A stretch of DNA of 64,000 nt from an uncultured Victivallales bacterium (GTDB lineage: Bacteria > Verrucomicrobiota > Kiritimatiellia > UBA8416 > CAZWPN01), in the NCBI GenBank assembly GCA_964635275.1, contig CAZWPN010000001.1, positions 4,149-68,148 of the forward strand. The letters run 5' to 3'. The notes under the pieces are model-generated. The model did no database searches. It was not told the DNA's origin and saw nothing but the letters and a program-made list of their open reading frames with translations. The position numbers were made by a program, and so were the translations under genes. This document shows, one piece after another, positions 48,202-57,661 of this stretch (within the stretch, counting starts at the first letter, position 1; the number at the start of each line of letters is the position of its first letter).

Positions 48202-48603
48202 ATGACCATGAAGGATCCATCCGAACTCAAGTACACGCGGACGCACGAGTGGGCCTGTTCGAAGGGTGCCAGGGTCGTGGTCGGCATAACCGATTACGCA
48301 CAGGCACATCTGGCAGATATCGTGAACGTCGAATTGCCGGAACCCGACGACCATCACTACGAGGCAGGGGAGGAGTGTTGCGTGATCGCTTCGCTGCGGA
48401 CATCACGCGCCTGCCTCATGCCGGTGGCGGGCACCATTGTTGCCATTAATACGGAATTGCTCAGCCGGCCCGAAGTCATCAACAGCGCCCCATACGCCGA
48501 GGGATGGCTCGTCGAAGTCAAGCCCGACAGGATCGAAGACCTCCGGGACCTGATGGATATTGACGAGTATGAGGCCTCGCTTCCCGAGGAGGAAGAGGAA
48601 TAG
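48202..48603 (+). CDS. gcvH: Glycine cleavage system H-like protein; lipoyl-Lys position replaced by Arg.
   Basis: ELKYTRTHEWA...VGITDYAQAHLADIVNVELP...EAGEECCVIASLRTSR...VAGTIVAINTEL...PYAEGWL. Aligns to GcvH with ESVKAAS changed to ASLRTSR. Confidence 0.75.
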   Translation: MTMKDPSELKYTRTHEWACSKGARVVVGITDYAQAHLADIVNVELPEPDDHHYEAGEECCVIASLRTSRACLMPVAGTIVAINTELLSRPEVINSAPYAEGWLVEVKPDRIEDLRDLMDIDEYEASLPEEEEE

Positions 48604-48615
48604 ACGGGGGGCGTA

Positions 48616-49254
48616 GTGATCTGGGTGTACGGATTCGGGCTGGGTTTGGGTGCCTACCTGTTCGGTGCGATCCCGTTCGGGCTTCTGGTGGCGCGGTCGA
48701 AAGGCGTTGACATTCGCAAGGTTGGAAGCGGCAATGTCGGGGCGACGAACGTCTTTCGATCGGTCAGCAAGCCGCTGGGAATTGTCACTTTCTTTCTCGA
48801 TGCATTCAAGGGGTTTGCGCCGGCCTTCTTTTTTCCCGGGTTGCTGGCATACGCAACGGGCGTCACCGGCTCGGAGATGCTGGCGGTGGTTTACGGAGTG
48901 GCGGCGGTTGCCGGACATAACTGGCCGATTTATCTGCGCTTCAAGGGCGGCAAGGGCATAGCGACCAGCACCGGGGCACTTCTGGGGTTTGCGCTCCCGG
49001 CGGCGGCAATCGGTCTTGGGATATGGCTGGCTGTCTTCATTGTCAGTCGTTATGTTTCCCTCGCGTCGATCGCCGCATGCTTGGTGGTGCCCGCCGCAGG
49101 CTGGGTCTTGTGGGCGTGTCATCGCATGGATACCACGGCTGTTCCAATTACTTTGACGGTCTTGGGGGTCGTAGGCGTCTGGCGGCACAAAAGCAATATT
49201 AGACGCCTGCTGGATGGCACAGAGCACCGATTCGGCAAGCAGAAATCGGCGTAG
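48616..49254 (+). CDS. plsY: Glycerol-3-phosphate acyltransferase PlsY.
   Basis: GAIPFGLLVARSKGVDIRKVGSGNVGATNVFR. Confidence 0.9.
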   Translation: MIWVYGFGLGLGAYLFGAIPFGLLVARSKGVDIRKVGSGNVGATNVFRSVSKPLGIVTFFLDAFKGFAPAFFFPGLLAYATGVTGSEMLAVVYGVAAVAGHNWPIYLRFKGGKGIATSTGALLGFALPAAAIGLGIWLAVFIVSRYVSLASIAACLVVPAAGWVLWACHRMDTTAVPITLTVLGVVGVWRHKSNIRRLLDGTEHRFGKQKSA

Positions 49255-49302
49255 CGGCGATGCCGTCACCCGTGCATGCCGTCGTCAGGGGGCGGATGGG
49301 GT

Positions 49303-50298
49303 ATGAGTCTTCGAATTTCCATTCTTGGTGACGGAGGATGGGGCACGGCGCTGGCGCTCGTTCTTCATGAGAACCGACACGCCGTGACCGTGTGGGGGCC
49401 GTTTTCTGGCCAGGTCGCGGCCATTCGCGAGGCCAGAGAAAACCGTGCCTTCCTGCCCGGCGTGCCGCTGCCTGGATCGATCAGGTGGACGGCAGATCGT
49501 GGAGAAGCCGTGGGCGGCGCGGATGTCGTTGTGCTCGCCAGTCCTACCAAGTTCATGCGCCCGGTTCTGGAGGGTTTTGCCGGCCTGCTGCCGGCTAATG
49601 CCCGCGTGGTCAATGTGGCCAAGGGGCTGGATCCGCAGACGCACCAACGCATGACCGAGGTTGCGGAGTCCGTGCTCGGAAAGCGCGCCGTGGCCGTGCT
49701 GTCAGGGCCCAGCCATGCCGAGGAGGTCGCTCGCCGCGTGCCAACGGCGGTTACGGTGGCCTGTCGCGAGAGCGCCGTAGCCCAGGAGCTGCAGCAGCTC
49801 TTCACCAACACCTTTTTCCGTGTCTACACGACCGAGGATGTGATAGGCGTCGAACTCGGCGGCTCGCTCAAGAACGTGATTGCCGTCGCCGTGGGTGTCA
49901 GCGACGGCATAGGGTTCGGCCACAACACGCGGGCAGCGCTTATCACACGGGGCCTCGTGGAGATTACGCGCCTGGGATGCGCGCTGGGCGCCAGTCCCGC
50001 CACGTTCTCAGGATTGAGCGGTATGGGCGACCTTATCGTGACATGCACCAGCCGTCTGAGCCGCAACTGGTCGGTGGGATACCGTGTCGGCCAGGGCGAA
50101 TCCGTCGAGTCCGTGGTGGGCGGTTCGCAGCAGGCGATCGAGGGTGTGTGGAATTGCTCCACGGCGCTGGCCGTGGCCCGCGAACGAAACATTCAGGTTC
50201 CCGTCACCGCAGAAGTTCATGCCATCCTCCAGGAGGGAAAGCCGCCGCGCGAAGCGGTGAAATCCCTCATGATGCGCGATCTCAAGCCGGAAAGCTGA
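49303..50298 (+). CDS. gpsA: NAD(P)H-dependent glycerol-3-phosphate dehydrogenase.
   Basis: ISILGDGGWGTALALVL...; GpsA length and order after plsY. Confidence 0.9.
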   Translation: MSLRISILGDGGWGTALALVLHENRHAVTVWGPFSGQVAAIREARENRAFLPGVPLPGSIRWTADRGEAVGGADVVVLASPTKFMRPVLEGFAGLLPANARVVNVAKGLDPQTHQRMTEVAESVLGKRAVAVLSGPSHAEEVARRVPTAVTVACRESAVAQELQQLFTNTFFRVYTTEDVIGVELGGSLKNVIAVAVGVSDGIGFGHNTRAALITRGLVEITRLGCALGASPATFSGLSGMGDLIVTCTSRLSRNWSVGYRVGQGESVESVVGGSQQAIEGVWNCSTALAVARERNIQVPVTAEVHAILQEGKPPREAVKSLMMRDLKPES

Positions 50299-50325
50299 AG
50301 CCGCCGCTATCGAAGGAATCAACTC

Positions 50326-51591
50326 ATGAGTCAGCAACACATCAATCGTCTCGTAGAGTTCATCGGCAAGGATTATCAGAAAATGTACCGGGAGCCGGGC
50401 GGTGAGATCCGGCACCCGTTCCTGACGCCGGGCAGCGACCAGTATTGTGATGTCCTGTGGGACTGGGATTCCTGGCTGACCGACGTAGCCTTGCGGCAAA
50501 TCGTACGGCGGCAGGGCGATCCCGCCGAGGGACAGAAGTTGGCGGTGTACGAGAAGGGATGCATTCAAAACTGGCTCGAATTTGCCAAACGCAGCAGTTG
50601 CGTGGGTTGGGTGCCCATCTGGGTGAACCGGACCGGGAACACCGTTCCGCAAGACGTCTATGCGCAGAACATGCACAAGCCATGCCTGGTACAGCATGCC
50701 GCCTTTATCGTGCGCGAGAACCAGGGGGATCTGGAGTGGCTGCGCGAGAATATCATGTTCCTCCAGTATTTCGTGAATAACTACCGCAACCACCACCGCC
50801 ATTCCTGCGGGCTCTACTTCTGGCAGAACGACGCGGCGATCGGAGTGGACAACGATCCCTGCACCTTCGGACGGCCACCGCGCAGCAGCGGCTCCATCTA
50901 TCTCAACTGCATGATGTACAAGGAGCTGCTCGCGCTGGTCTACCTGCTTGAACTCGCGGGGCTGGATGAGGTGGCCGCGCAGTACAAGGCGGACGCCGAA
51001 GCGCTGAAAGCCGCCGTCCGTGAGCACTGCTGGGACGAACGGGACGGCTTCTACTACAGCGTGGACCTGAACCTGACGTCGCCCGAGACGCAGCGGTGGA
51101 CCGCGCATTCCGGGCAGGTGCGGGACTGGCCCTGCCTGATCCAGCGCATCGGTGTGTGGTCGGGGTTCATGGCCATGTGGGCGGGTATTGCGACGCCGGA
51201 ACAGGCGAAGCGCATGGTGCTGGAGCACTATGGCAATACCCGTACCTTCAATGCGCCGTTCGGCATCCGGACGCTCTCGCGCATGGAGAAGATGTACAAC
51301 CTGCGCGCGGCTGGAAATCCCTCCTCCTGGCTGGGGCCGGTCTGGGGGATCTCGAACTACATGGTCTTCCGTGGACTGGTGCGCTATGGATTTGATGCGG
51401 AGGCCCGTGAGTTGGCCGGCAAGACGATCGCCCTGTTCGGGACGGACCTGGAAAAGCATGGAGGCCTGCACGAGTACTACCAGCCAGAGAACGGTGCGCC
51501 GATCCTCAACCACGGCTTCCAGAACTGGAACTACCTGGTTCTGAACATGATCGCCTGGCTGCGCGGCGAGGCGGTGGTAGAGGAGTTCTGA
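50326..51591 (+). CDS. Six-hairpin (alpha/alpha)6 glycoside hydrolase-like protein (GH63/GH125/GDE_C-like superfamily).
   Basis: 421 aa, Trp/Tyr-rich helical repeats (WDWDSWL, YFWQNDAAIGVDND, GPVWGISNYMVFRGL). No family-specific assignment possible by eye. Confidence 0.4.
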   Translation: MSQQHINRLVEFIGKDYQKMYREPGGEIRHPFLTPGSDQYCDVLWDWDSWLTDVALRQIVRRQGDPAEGQKLAVYEKGCIQNWLEFAKRSSCVGWVPIWVNRTGNTVPQDVYAQNMHKPCLVQHAAFIVRENQGDLEWLRENIMFLQYFVNNYRNHHRHSCGLYFWQNDAAIGVDNDPCTFGRPPRSSGSIYLNCMMYKELLALVYLLELAGLDEVAAQYKADAEALKAAVREHCWDERDGFYYSVDLNLTSPETQRWTAHSGQVRDWPCLIQRIGVWSGFMAMWAGIATPEQAKRMVLEHYGNTRTFNAPFGIRTLSRMEKMYNLRAAGNPSSWLGPVWGISNYMVFRGLVRYGFDAEARELAGKTIALFGTDLEKHGGLHEYYQPENGAPILNHGFQNWNYLVLNMIAWLRGEAVVEEF

Positions 51592-51592
51592 A

Positions 51593-53428
51593 ATGTATCG
51601 TTGCTTGAATGCCGGAAACGTTGGGGTTTCTCTCAATTGGGAGTCTTGTTTGCCGCTGGCAAGAGCCGCCGGATTCACAGGCTTTGACATTCCAGTGACT
51701 CCGGAAACGGATTGCGGAAAGGTCCGGGATCTGTTGGCTGCCCACAATCTGAGACCCGGCGGACAGCCGCTGCCATTCGATTTCCGCGGAAGCGAAGCCG
51801 CATTCCTCAACGGGCTGAAGACGCTCCGGGCTGTGGCCGAAAAGGCCGCTGGGATCGGCCAGACCCGGTTCTATATCTGGATCTGGCCATATTCGGACAC
51901 ATTGGCGTTCAAGGATAATTTTCGCTTTCACGCCGACCGACTCGGTCAGGCGGCGACAATAATGCGGGATGCCGGTTGCCGGCTGGGCCTGGAATTCCTC
52001 GGCCCGCGGCATTACCGGGAAGGGCACCCTTTCAGCTTTGTCCACACCCTCGGCGGCATGCTGGATCTCGCGGACGCCATCGGGCCCAACGCCGGCCTGT
52101 TGCTCGATTCCTGGCACTGGCACACCTCACTGGGAACCGTTGACGAAATCCGCGCGCTGAAGAACGAGCAGGTCGTCTACGTCCACATCAACGACGCGCC
52201 ACGCGGCATTCCGGTCGAAGATCAGTACGACTACGTTCGCGCCGTCCCCGGGGAAACGGGCGTTCTCAATCTGCCCGGTTTTCTCGACGCGTTGCGCACC
52301 ATCGGCTACGACGGACCAGTCGTCCCGGAGCCGTTCGTTTCCGCACTGTCAGCAATGCAGCCTGAAGCGGCGCTTCGCCGGGTGGCCACGGGGCTGGATC
52401 GCATTTGGGATGTGCGGCCCCGCCCGCCCCTCCCCTCGACGATGAAGGTCTTGGCGACCGGTCGCCGGAAAGCCTGGCTGGTTGATCTGCCCGTGCCACG
52501 TCCGCAGGGCAATGAAGTGGTCGTGAAGCTGCATGCCTGCCCTATCTGCGGCAGCAACTTGGGTGCCTTTCTTGGGGACGGGGAATGGGTCAATACCGGA
52601 CACGAGGGCGCGGGCGAGGTGGTGGCGGTGGCGGAGAGTCAGCGACTGCGTGTTGGCGACCGCGTTGCCTTGGCGCCGCTCAACGCCTGCGGCCGTTGTT
52701 CAGACTGCCTGCGCGGCGACGTCATCTTCTGCAGGAACCGGCCGGCCATTCACGGAACCTTCGCACCGTTCACCCGCGTGGCGGACGTGATGTGCGCCAA
52801 AGTTCCCGATGACCTGGACTATGATCACGCCTCGCTGATGGGCTGTGCGCTGGGGCCTGCCTACGAGGCCATCAAACGGCTGGGGGTTGGCGGTCTCGAC
52901 ACGCTGGTGGTCAGCGGCCTGGGGCCAGTAGGACTCGGCGCATCGGCACTAGCCTCAGCGATCGGCACACGCGTGGTTGCACTGGATCCCGAACCATTCC
53001 GTCGGGAACTGGCGGCAAGGATCGGCGCGGCAGTAACGCTGGACCCGTCGGCTCCCGACATCAGGGAAGCGTTGCTCCGCGCGGTGGGGGCCGATGGCAT
53101 CCGCAAGTCCATCGACTGTTCCGGCAAGGAATCAGCCGAACGCCTGTTGATCGATCTGGCTTCCATCCGGGGAGCGGTCGCATTCGTCGGCGAGAACGGG
53201 GGCACAATTCCCCTTTCCCCAAGCCGCGATATGATCCGCAAAGGGCTGACGCTTCTTGGCTGCTGGCATATGAACATGCTCGACGCTCCCGACCTGATCG
53301 AATTTCTTCGGCGTCATCCGGCCAAAGCCGGGTTGTTGATCTCGCATCGCTTTGCCTTCGACCACGCGCAGGAGGCATTCGAGGTATTCGCCTCGCGCCA
53401 GACCGCCAAGGTAATCCTGCATCCATGA
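51593..53428 (+). CDS. Fusion: xylose-isomerase-like TIM-barrel (sugar phosphate isomerase/epimerase) domain plus Zn-dependent medium-chain alcohol/polyol dehydrogenase (MDR) domain.
   Basis: N-terminus ...LGLEFLGPRHYREGHPF...LLDSWHWH (TIM-barrel metal-site style). C-terminus ACPICGSNLGAFLG...GHEGAGEVV...CGRCSDCLRGDVIFC (catalytic plus structural Zn sites) and GLGPVGLGA Rossmann. Confidence 0.6.
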   Translation: MYRCLNAGNVGVSLNWESCLPLARAAGFTGFDIPVTPETDCGKVRDLLAAHNLRPGGQPLPFDFRGSEAAFLNGLKTLRAVAEKAAGIGQTRFYIWIWPYSDTLAFKDNFRFHADRLGQAATIMRDAGCRLGLEFLGPRHYREGHPFSFVHTLGGMLDLADAIGPNAGLLLDSWHWHTSLGTVDEIRALKNEQVVYVHINDAPRGIPVEDQYDYVRAVPGETGVLNLPGFLDALRTIGYDGPVVPEPFVSALSAMQPEAALRRVATGLDRIWDVRPRPPLPSTMKVLATGRRKAWLVDLPVPRPQGNEVVVKLHACPICGSNLGAFLGDGEWVNTGHEGAGEVVAVAESQRLRVGDRVALAPLNACGRCSDCLRGDVIFCRNRPAIHGTFAPFTRVADVMCAKVPDDLDYDHASLMGCALGPAYEAIKRLGVGGLDTLVVSGLGPVGLGASALASAIGTRVVALDPEPFRRELAARIGAAVTLDPSAPDIREALLRAVGADGIRKSIDCSGKESAERLLIDLASIRGAVAFVGENGGTIPLSPSRDMIRKGLTLLGCWHMNMLDAPDLIEFLRRHPAKAGLLISHRFAFDHAQEAFEVFASRQTAKVILHP

Positions 53429-53468
53429 CTTCGGCGCGTTTCTATCTATCAGCGAGTTTGGAGCACAC

Positions 53469-55889
53469 ATGAAAAATGCCTTGCTAGTTCCCGATCCCGA
53501 GCGACTCCGCCGCAAACTGACGAATCCCCCACCCTTACTGGCGAAACTCCAACGGCGTTTCCAGGAACGGCTTGCCGCGGATCCTGAGTTCCGCCGGCAT
53601 CACATCTTCCTGCCCGCGCTGCTCGGGGATCCGGCCGCCATTGCCGAAGCGAGGGAGCAGATCGTCACGCTTGCGGCAGACCCCGTCGAGTTGGCCACCA
53701 CCCGGCCCGGCGCCCGGACGCCGCCGCAGAACAGTCTCGATCATCATATCTGGTGCATCGCCCCGCGGGCCATGCGCATCGCCGCCTATTTCACGTGGCT
53801 TGACCTTCACGGCGTCTGGACGCCCGCGGAGCGTTGCACGATCGGCGCCGGGTTGCTGGACTTCTTCGACAACCATGTGATCCCGGTCTTGCGCGCGCGC
53901 ACCCCCGGCGGACACAATCAGCAGTTCTCGATGACATTCTGCAGTACCGTCGTTGGACATGCCTTTGCGGATGTGGACGGGGTTGCCGAACGCGCCTGCC
54001 GGTTGCGAAACTGGGCGTTCCCGAAGTTAACGCAGACGCTTGGACTCCTTCCCGCGAGCGGCTACTCCGGCGAAGGGACGACCTACCAGTCCGACGTGGT
54101 CGCGGCTTTGACCCTGTGGGCAGGCGTCTTTCTCAAACAGATCGGCGAACACGACGTCTGGAACCGCCGCTGGACGCCCAACGGATGGCGTATGGCCGAC
54201 ACGCTGCGGATGGAGGCACTGATGTGCAGTTGCGGCGGATGGCTGCCGCCGTGGGATCAGTACGGCTGGCAGCGGGTTCACAACTTGGCCGCACGCACGC
54301 TCTGGGCGGAGCTGTCCGGCGATGCCGGAATGCTGCGCATCGCCGAGGACGCCTGGGACGAGCCGCACCACCTGGCCTGGCGGCCCGACGACCGGCTGTG
54401 GACGCTGATCTACTGGCCGGAGGAGGAGGGGGAACGGTGGTCTGTGGTCGGTGATCGGTTACCGGTAACGGAGCGTCACGTCTCAGCATCGCCTGGACAA
54501 GGGCATAGTCAGCCGTCCGACAACCGAAAACCCACAACCGACAACCGGACACCGAACACCGTTCTTTCCGGCTGGAGTGTTCCGGTGGTCGGCGCCGCAG
54601 TCGAGCACCTGCCGCGGCGGCTGCGCGTCATGGCGGCCTGGGATGAATGCTCCGGCAGCCTCCAGGGCCTCGGCCGCGCCCAAGTCAACCCGAACCACCT
54701 GATGATCGACCTGGCCGGCGAACCGGTCACAGGCGACGGCTGGGATCTTGTCGGCCTTCGGCTGACCTCTGATGAGGCGCGCGAACGAACGAGGCACGCT
54801 CTCCCGCCGGTCCAGATGGAAATGATAGCAAGGCAGTACGGCAGCTTCGAGCGATGGGTGCGCGCGAGTGAGAACGGATTTCTGGGCGCATCCTGCGCGA
54901 TCATCGTGGACGGCTGGGACAGCTACTTCCCCCGCAAGGCCCGGCAGGGACAACTGGTGTTCGAGCGGCGGACACCGGAACGGCACACGTTCGCCGGCGA
55001 GGCGGCCCCGTACTATCAGCCGGCCTTTGACGTGACGCGGATGCGGCGTACCGTTTCGATGGGCGCTTCAGGCGTCACCTGGATCGTGGACGACATCCGG
55101 TCCGGGTCTCCGCACATGTTCACATGGCGGATGTGGCTGCGTGGCGGCTTGCGCCAGGCCGGCCCGCAGGCCCGGCGGCTCGATCTTCAATCCGGAGTCG
55201 CACTGGCTCTCGGCTGGCGTGTTGAGACGGAGGGAGAGGCCCGGCCTGTTGATGTTCGCGCCGAAAAATGCGAAGCCTATCCGCTGGCGCCGGACGATCC
55301 TCGGACCCACTGGCCCAGCAAGAATACCACGCGCTGTGAAGTGAACGCGACAGGACGGCGGGTCCGCTTTGTAACCTGCCTGGTGCCGGAGGGGGTCGAC
55401 GGATTGCAGGTGCGGCAGATGGCACCCGAGACCTGGGAGGCGGTCTGGGCCGGCGGAGCCGACACCTTCGTCCTGCCACCCGAGGTGGAAGCTACGCCGG
55501 ATCCCGCTCCGATCGTCGGCGCCCAGATTGCGGCTGAAGAAACCGTCTGCGATCTCGACGAGGCGCCCTATGGGCTGATCGCCGAACCCGATGCGGTGCT
55601 GCTCGCGGCGCTGGACAGCCCGCCGGTTGAGGCCTTTCGCCGCACCGGGGCGGCCATGCTGACCCTGACGATTCGAGGATGCGCAGACGCCATGCCCAAG
55701 ATCATGGCCCTGCTGGAAGATGCCCGCCAGAACTACACGGTCCACTCCGTGGCCGCCTGGTGCCTGGGGCGCGCGCAATACCGGCCCGCGCTTGAGCTGC
55801 TGCGAAGGGTCTCCCACATCCCCGAGGTCAACACGGCCCTCCGTGCCGGTTGGGCGGTGGAGCGGATGGAAGCAAGTAAGAGGAGGTAG
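53469..55889 (+). CDS. Heparinase II/III-like polysaccharide lyase-family protein (tentative).
   Basis: 806 aa; N-terminal alpha-helical toroid-like region followed by a beta-rich C-terminus. Assigned by overall architecture and composition only. Confidence 0.3.
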   Translation: MKNALLVPDPERLRRKLTNPPPLLAKLQRRFQERLAADPEFRRHHIFLPALLGDPAAIAEAREQIVTLAADPVELATTRPGARTPPQNSLDHHIWCIAPRAMRIAAYFTWLDLHGVWTPAERCTIGAGLLDFFDNHVIPVLRARTPGGHNQQFSMTFCSTVVGHAFADVDGVAERACRLRNWAFPKLTQTLGLLPASGYSGEGTTYQSDVVAALTLWAGVFLKQIGEHDVWNRRWTPNGWRMADTLRMEALMCSCGGWLPPWDQYGWQRVHNLAARTLWAELSGDAGMLRIAEDAWDEPHHLAWRPDDRLWTLIYWPEEEGERWSVVGDRLPVTERHVSASPGQGHSQPSDNRKPTTDNRTPNTVLSGWSVPVVGAAVEHLPRRLRVMAAWDECSGSLQGLGRAQVNPNHLMIDLAGEPVTGDGWDLVGLRLTSDEARERTRHALPPVQMEMIARQYGSFERWVRASENGFLGASCAIIVDGWDSYFPRKARQGQLVFERRTPERHTFAGEAAPYYQPAFDVTRMRRTVSMGASGVTWIVDDIRSGSPHMFTWRMWLRGGLRQAGPQARRLDLQSGVALALGWRVETEGEARPVDVRAEKCEAYPLAPDDPRTHWPSKNTTRCEVNATGRRVRFVTCLVPEGVDGLQVRQMAPETWEAVWAGGADTFVLPPEVEATPDPAPIVGAQIAAEETVCDLDEAPYGLIAEPDAVLLAALDSPPVEAFRRTGAAMLTLTIRGCADAMPKIMALLEDARQNYTVHSVAAWCLGRAQYRPALELLRRVSHIPEVNTALRAGWAVERMEASKRR

Positions 55890-55895
55890 GGAACC

Positions 55896-57632
55896 ATGGA
55901 TCTGCGAAAGCATGCTCGTCTATCGCTCAAATTCCTGGAAACGGCCACCAACCCGGCCATGCAGGATCTGCCGTATTTCTGGATCGACTTTGTGCGGAAT
56001 CCGCCGGAATTTGTTCATTGCATGGTGTTTGACGATGTCGAAAACTTCGGGCGCTGGCTCTACGCCATCAAGGCGGCGCAGGTCGTCAGCGGGACGGATG
56101 GGGCCGAAGGCACCCGCCGCGCGATGATTCGCGAGATTGATCGCCGTCGGAACGGCCCGTATGGTCTCGTCTACACTTCGGCCTACAGCGAGAAGTTCTG
56201 CCGCGGCTTCCTTGGCCATCACGCCTGGCTCTGGGGCAACCGCTCCGTCCTCCAAGGATGGGTCCTGTGTTACCGCTTCGCCAGCGATGCCCGCGAGCGC
56301 GAGGAGATGAGGCAGCGCATCGACACCATGGTCTCCGGTATGAACGAATTCGTCGTCCGGATCGGCGACTGCGTCTATTTCCCATCCCTCACGCCCACCC
56401 GTGACTTCCGCAAGCGCGACGACTACATCGAGCCCCGGGAGGCTGCAGGAAAACACTGGAACGCCATGTACGGCTCGGCGGAGCCGGACGACCCGCGCAT
56501 GCTGCCGCACATCAGCGACAGCGTCGGCGGAATGATCGCGCCTCTTGTTCAGTGGTACGAAGCGACCGGGAATCAGACCGCCCTGGATCTAGCGGTCGGC
56601 ATCAGCCGCACCATGGTGAAGCATCACCACACCAAGGGAGACCTGACGAATCCAATCGGCTGCTTCTCCAACAATCACGGCGTGCTCAACGCCGTGGCGG
56701 GCGTGCTGGCCGCCAACCGACACGTGCCCGACCGCCACCACCGGATCTGGGCCAAGACGCTCTGGGAGTACTACGTGGCCCGCTGTGCCTCCTCGTTCGG
56801 CTGGGCGCCGGAGAATGAGCGGGTGGACTACACGCGCCCGCTGGAGCGGCCGTCCTGTGAAGGCTGCGCCACCGTTGACATGGTTCGCGCCGGCGTCGAG
56901 CTGGCGCGCGCCGGCTTTTCCGAGTCGTGGGACATGGTGGAGCGTTTCACTCGCAACTACATGACCCAGGCACAAATCCAAGATGACGTGAAACCGTTCT
57001 CCCTGGAAGGCGTGCCACTCAACGATGTCAGCCGTGGCGGCATCGAATGCGAACCTGAAGCCTTGCGCGATCGCCGCGATATCTACACCCGCTGCATCGG
57101 CGCTTTGGCCGGCTGGGGCGCTCCGAACGACGTGCTGGACCCGCACGGCCGCTTCGCGATGTGCATCCAGAACTGCTGCAGCGGTCACTTGCCTCTGGGA
57201 ATGCTCGACGTGTGGAGCCAAACGGTCGTGCGCGACTCCGAGGGTGTCCGGATCAATCTGCTTCTGGACCATGAAAGCCCGGACGGTTCGGTAAAGGATC
57301 ATCAACCCACCGACGGCCGACTGGACATCCGGATGAAACGGGCCGGCACCGTGCGTGTGCGCATTCCCGACTGGGTTCCGGATGCCAAGGTGGCGATCCG
57401 TGTGGATGGCCGGGGCGTTCCGGCGGTATGGGAAGACAGGCCCAGTCGCTACATTCGCGTGAGCGACGTGGCCGCTGGAAGTACGGTTGCGGTGAACTAT
57501 CCGTTGCGAGCGCAGACAATGACGGAGCGACTTGGCGGCGAACTCTACACCACGCAATGGAAGGGCGATACGGTGGTTGGAATCGAGCCGCCGGGGCGGT
57601 TCATTCCAATCTTCAATGGACGCAAGGACTGA
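55896..57632 (+). CDS. GH127/DUF1680-like six-hairpin glycosidase (tentative).
   Basis: 578 aa; Cys-containing CEGCATVDM region and helical-repeat N-terminus. Low-certainty architecture-based call. Confidence 0.3.
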   Translation: MDLRKHARLSLKFLETATNPAMQDLPYFWIDFVRNPPEFVHCMVFDDVENFGRWLYAIKAAQVVSGTDGAEGTRRAMIREIDRRRNGPYGLVYTSAYSEKFCRGFLGHHAWLWGNRSVLQGWVLCYRFASDAREREEMRQRIDTMVSGMNEFVVRIGDCVYFPSLTPTRDFRKRDDYIEPREAAGKHWNAMYGSAEPDDPRMLPHISDSVGGMIAPLVQWYEATGNQTALDLAVGISRTMVKHHHTKGDLTNPIGCFSNNHGVLNAVAGVLAANRHVPDRHHRIWAKTLWEYYVARCASSFGWAPENERVDYTRPLERPSCEGCATVDMVRAGVELARAGFSESWDMVERFTRNYMTQAQIQDDVKPFSLEGVPLNDVSRGGIECEPEALRDRRDIYTRCIGALAGWGAPNDVLDPHGRFAMCIQNCCSGHLPLGMLDVWSQTVVRDSEGVRINLLLDHESPDGSVKDHQPTDGRLDIRMKRAGTVRVRIPDWVPDAKVAIRVDGRGVPAVWEDRPSRYIRVSDVAAGSTVAVNYPLRAQTMTERLGGELYTTQWKGDTVVGIEPPGRFIPIFNGRKD

Positions 57633-57661
57633 GCCTGGAACGAGCCGTTGGCGTGGTAAGA

